Assembly: GCA_051294375.1 (NCBI GenBank)
Contig: JBJCIZ010000224.1
Coordinates: forward strand, 1-64,000
Length of the DNA: 64,000 nt
Origin: Paraspadella gotoi
Taxonomy: Eukaryota > Animalia > Chaetognatha
Direction: 5' to 3'
In this document: positions 62,096-64,000 of the stretch, one piece after another
Layout of the letters: each line of letters opens with the position of its first letter
How positions within the stretch are numbered: position 1 is the first letter of the stretch
Notes under the pieces: generated by a model
Database searches by the model: none
Told to the model about the DNA's origin: nothing
Seen by the model: the letters and a program-made list of their open reading frames with translations, nothing else
Made by a program: the position numbers and the translations under genes

Positions 62096-63776
62096 TCTCT
62101 CTCTCTCCTCGCTCTCTCTCACTTCGACTCTCACTTCTTTAGACCGCTGGTTCGGCTGTCTTTATGTCGGGTCCTCTCCTCCGTTCTCGACTGCTAATTT
62201 CGGAAGGTTTGACTGTCTTTTTCTATCTGTAGGTCTACTGTCTGCCTGTCTGTCTGTATTTCTCTCTGTGTGTCTTCTTGATTCTCTTGGCGTTTAGCAT
62301 TTCTCAAGTTTTCTTTTAATCTGTTTTTTTTTTCTCTCTCCTTGTTCTAAGTCGTGTCCTCTTTTCATTTCTCCCTCTCTCCCTGCCTATACCTCCCTCC
62401 CCTTCCTCTCTCCCTCACCCCGCCCTCTCTCTCTCTATCATCTTTCTCACGATCATCTCCTGATTTATGAAGGAATTCCTTTAAACCTACGCGAGAGAAC
62501 TTCGTGTTTTTCTTTCTTTGTTTTCTTCCTGCTGTTTAATTTTTAAACGCTAGTCCATCTCCGGTCTTCTCCAAGGAATATTTCTCTCTCGCCCTTCCTC
62601 CTTTCCTCTTTTTCTTCTTTCCTTTTCTCCACTTCTTTTCTTTTCCTTTTAACCTTTCTTTTTACCCTCTCCTTTTCTTTCCCGCCACTTCTTTTCTTCA
62701 ATTAACCTTTCCTTTTCCCTCTCTCCTTTCCTTTCCTCCACTTCTTTTCTTTTTCTTTCAACCTTTCTTTTTCCCTCTCCTTTCTTTCCCGCCACTTCTT
62801 TCTTTTCCTTTTAAACCTTTCCTTTCCCCCCTCCTTTCCTTTCCTCCACTCTATTTTCCTTCTTAAAACCCGCGACGATTCTCCTCCAAGATTTTCCTTT
62901 TCTTTTCCGAATTTTTAATCTCATTCCTTTTCCTCCACTTTTTCCCCGCCGTTCCTTTTTTTTCCTTTTCTCTGCCTCCGCGTCTTCTTCTTTGTTTCAT
63001 CTTTTATGTCCTTCCTCGATCCTTTCACACGCTTCTCTCCGCTTCCTCGTTTCTCCTTCATTTCAAAGAAACCATTGTTAATCGATATTTTTTTTATCTC
63101 CCAATCTCTCTCTTCTTTTCTTTCTTTTTTGCTTCATCCTTCTCCAAAAAAAAACCTTTGTCACCCATCCTCATGCGTCTCTCTCCCCCTCTCTTCTCCT
63201 CTCCCCCCTCCCTCCCCTCAACGACGATGCATATTTCCATCCCATTAAATACCCGACGACTTACCTCCTTACCTAAATTTTCCTCACTTCGAATTAAAAC
63301 TCACTTTTTTTTCCTTCAATTCTCGAAATTTCAGAATTAATTTTTTTTTACACACAAACAAAAAATTTTATTTATTCATCATAAATATTAATAATCATTT
63401 CGTTTAAACTGGCAAAAAAATTTGATGATTTTGAGAATTTTCGGAAAATTAAATTTTAATTTAACATAGAAACGGACATGATTCTGCTTTGGATGAAAAA
63501 AAAAATTGCCATTCTGTAATAAATTCAATACAACGAAAAAGAAAGGATTAAAATACACTAATTTCTAGAATATTAATTTAATTATTATCAATAATACTAA
63601 CAATAATTCTTCTTCTTCTTCTTTTTTTTTCTTTTTCTTTTTCTTTTTCTTTTTTTTTTCTTTTCTTTTTCTTTTTTCTTTTTCTTTTCTTCTTCTTCTT
63701 CTTCTTCTTCGAGTTTTCGCCCCCGATTGCGACTCGTTCTGTCTTAACAGTTCGGCTGTCTGGCTGTCCACTCTCT

Positions 63777-63823
<47 letters not shown>

Positions 63824-64000
63824 ATCTCTCTCTCTTCTCTCTTCTCTTCTCTCTTCTCCTCTCTCTCTCTCATTTCCTCCCTTTTTTTCTTTTTTCCCGC
63901 CTCTCCGAGCTTTCGACTTCGTCGCGACGTTCCAGTCCGTTCGTCGTCGTCGTCGTCGTCGTTCCGTCTTCGTTGTAGTTGTTGGTTGTCGTCAGCGCTC
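60310..64000 (-). repeat. Block Y, inverted copy (runs off the window end); includes inverted HINE-like copies at ~60424-60690 and ~61283-61538
   Basis: Near-identical reverse complement of 54062-57815. Confidence 0.95.

Overview
This is a eukaryotic, probably metazoan, draft-scaffold window that is very rich in microsatellites. It carries TTAGGG-type repeats, many N gaps (five of exactly 25 N) and long stretches that look like uncorrected, insertion-rich long-read sequence. I cannot confidently identify any protein-coding, rRNA or tRNA gene; nearly all listed ORFs are frames through microsatellites or N runs. Much of 29.5-64 kb is the same 4-6 kb of DNA repeated in both orientations. A ~17 kb palindrome (about 40650-57850) is centred on a degraded PacBio SMRTbell adapter (52011-52064), so it is an artefact. 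The best candidate for real biology is a 2.4 kb foldback element (3050-5486). Its arms are higher-order arrays of (CCCTAA)2/(TTAGGG)2 doublets pointing outward as on a linear chromosome. It has repeated GGCGA-NN-TCGCC dyads at its ends and axis, no adapter at the axis, and arms that differ by one ~135-bp unit. Other features are several DINE-1/HINE-like non-autonomous elements, a few minisatellites, an RFX X-box cluster and a weak exon candidate. All alignments and coordinates were made by eye and are approximate.
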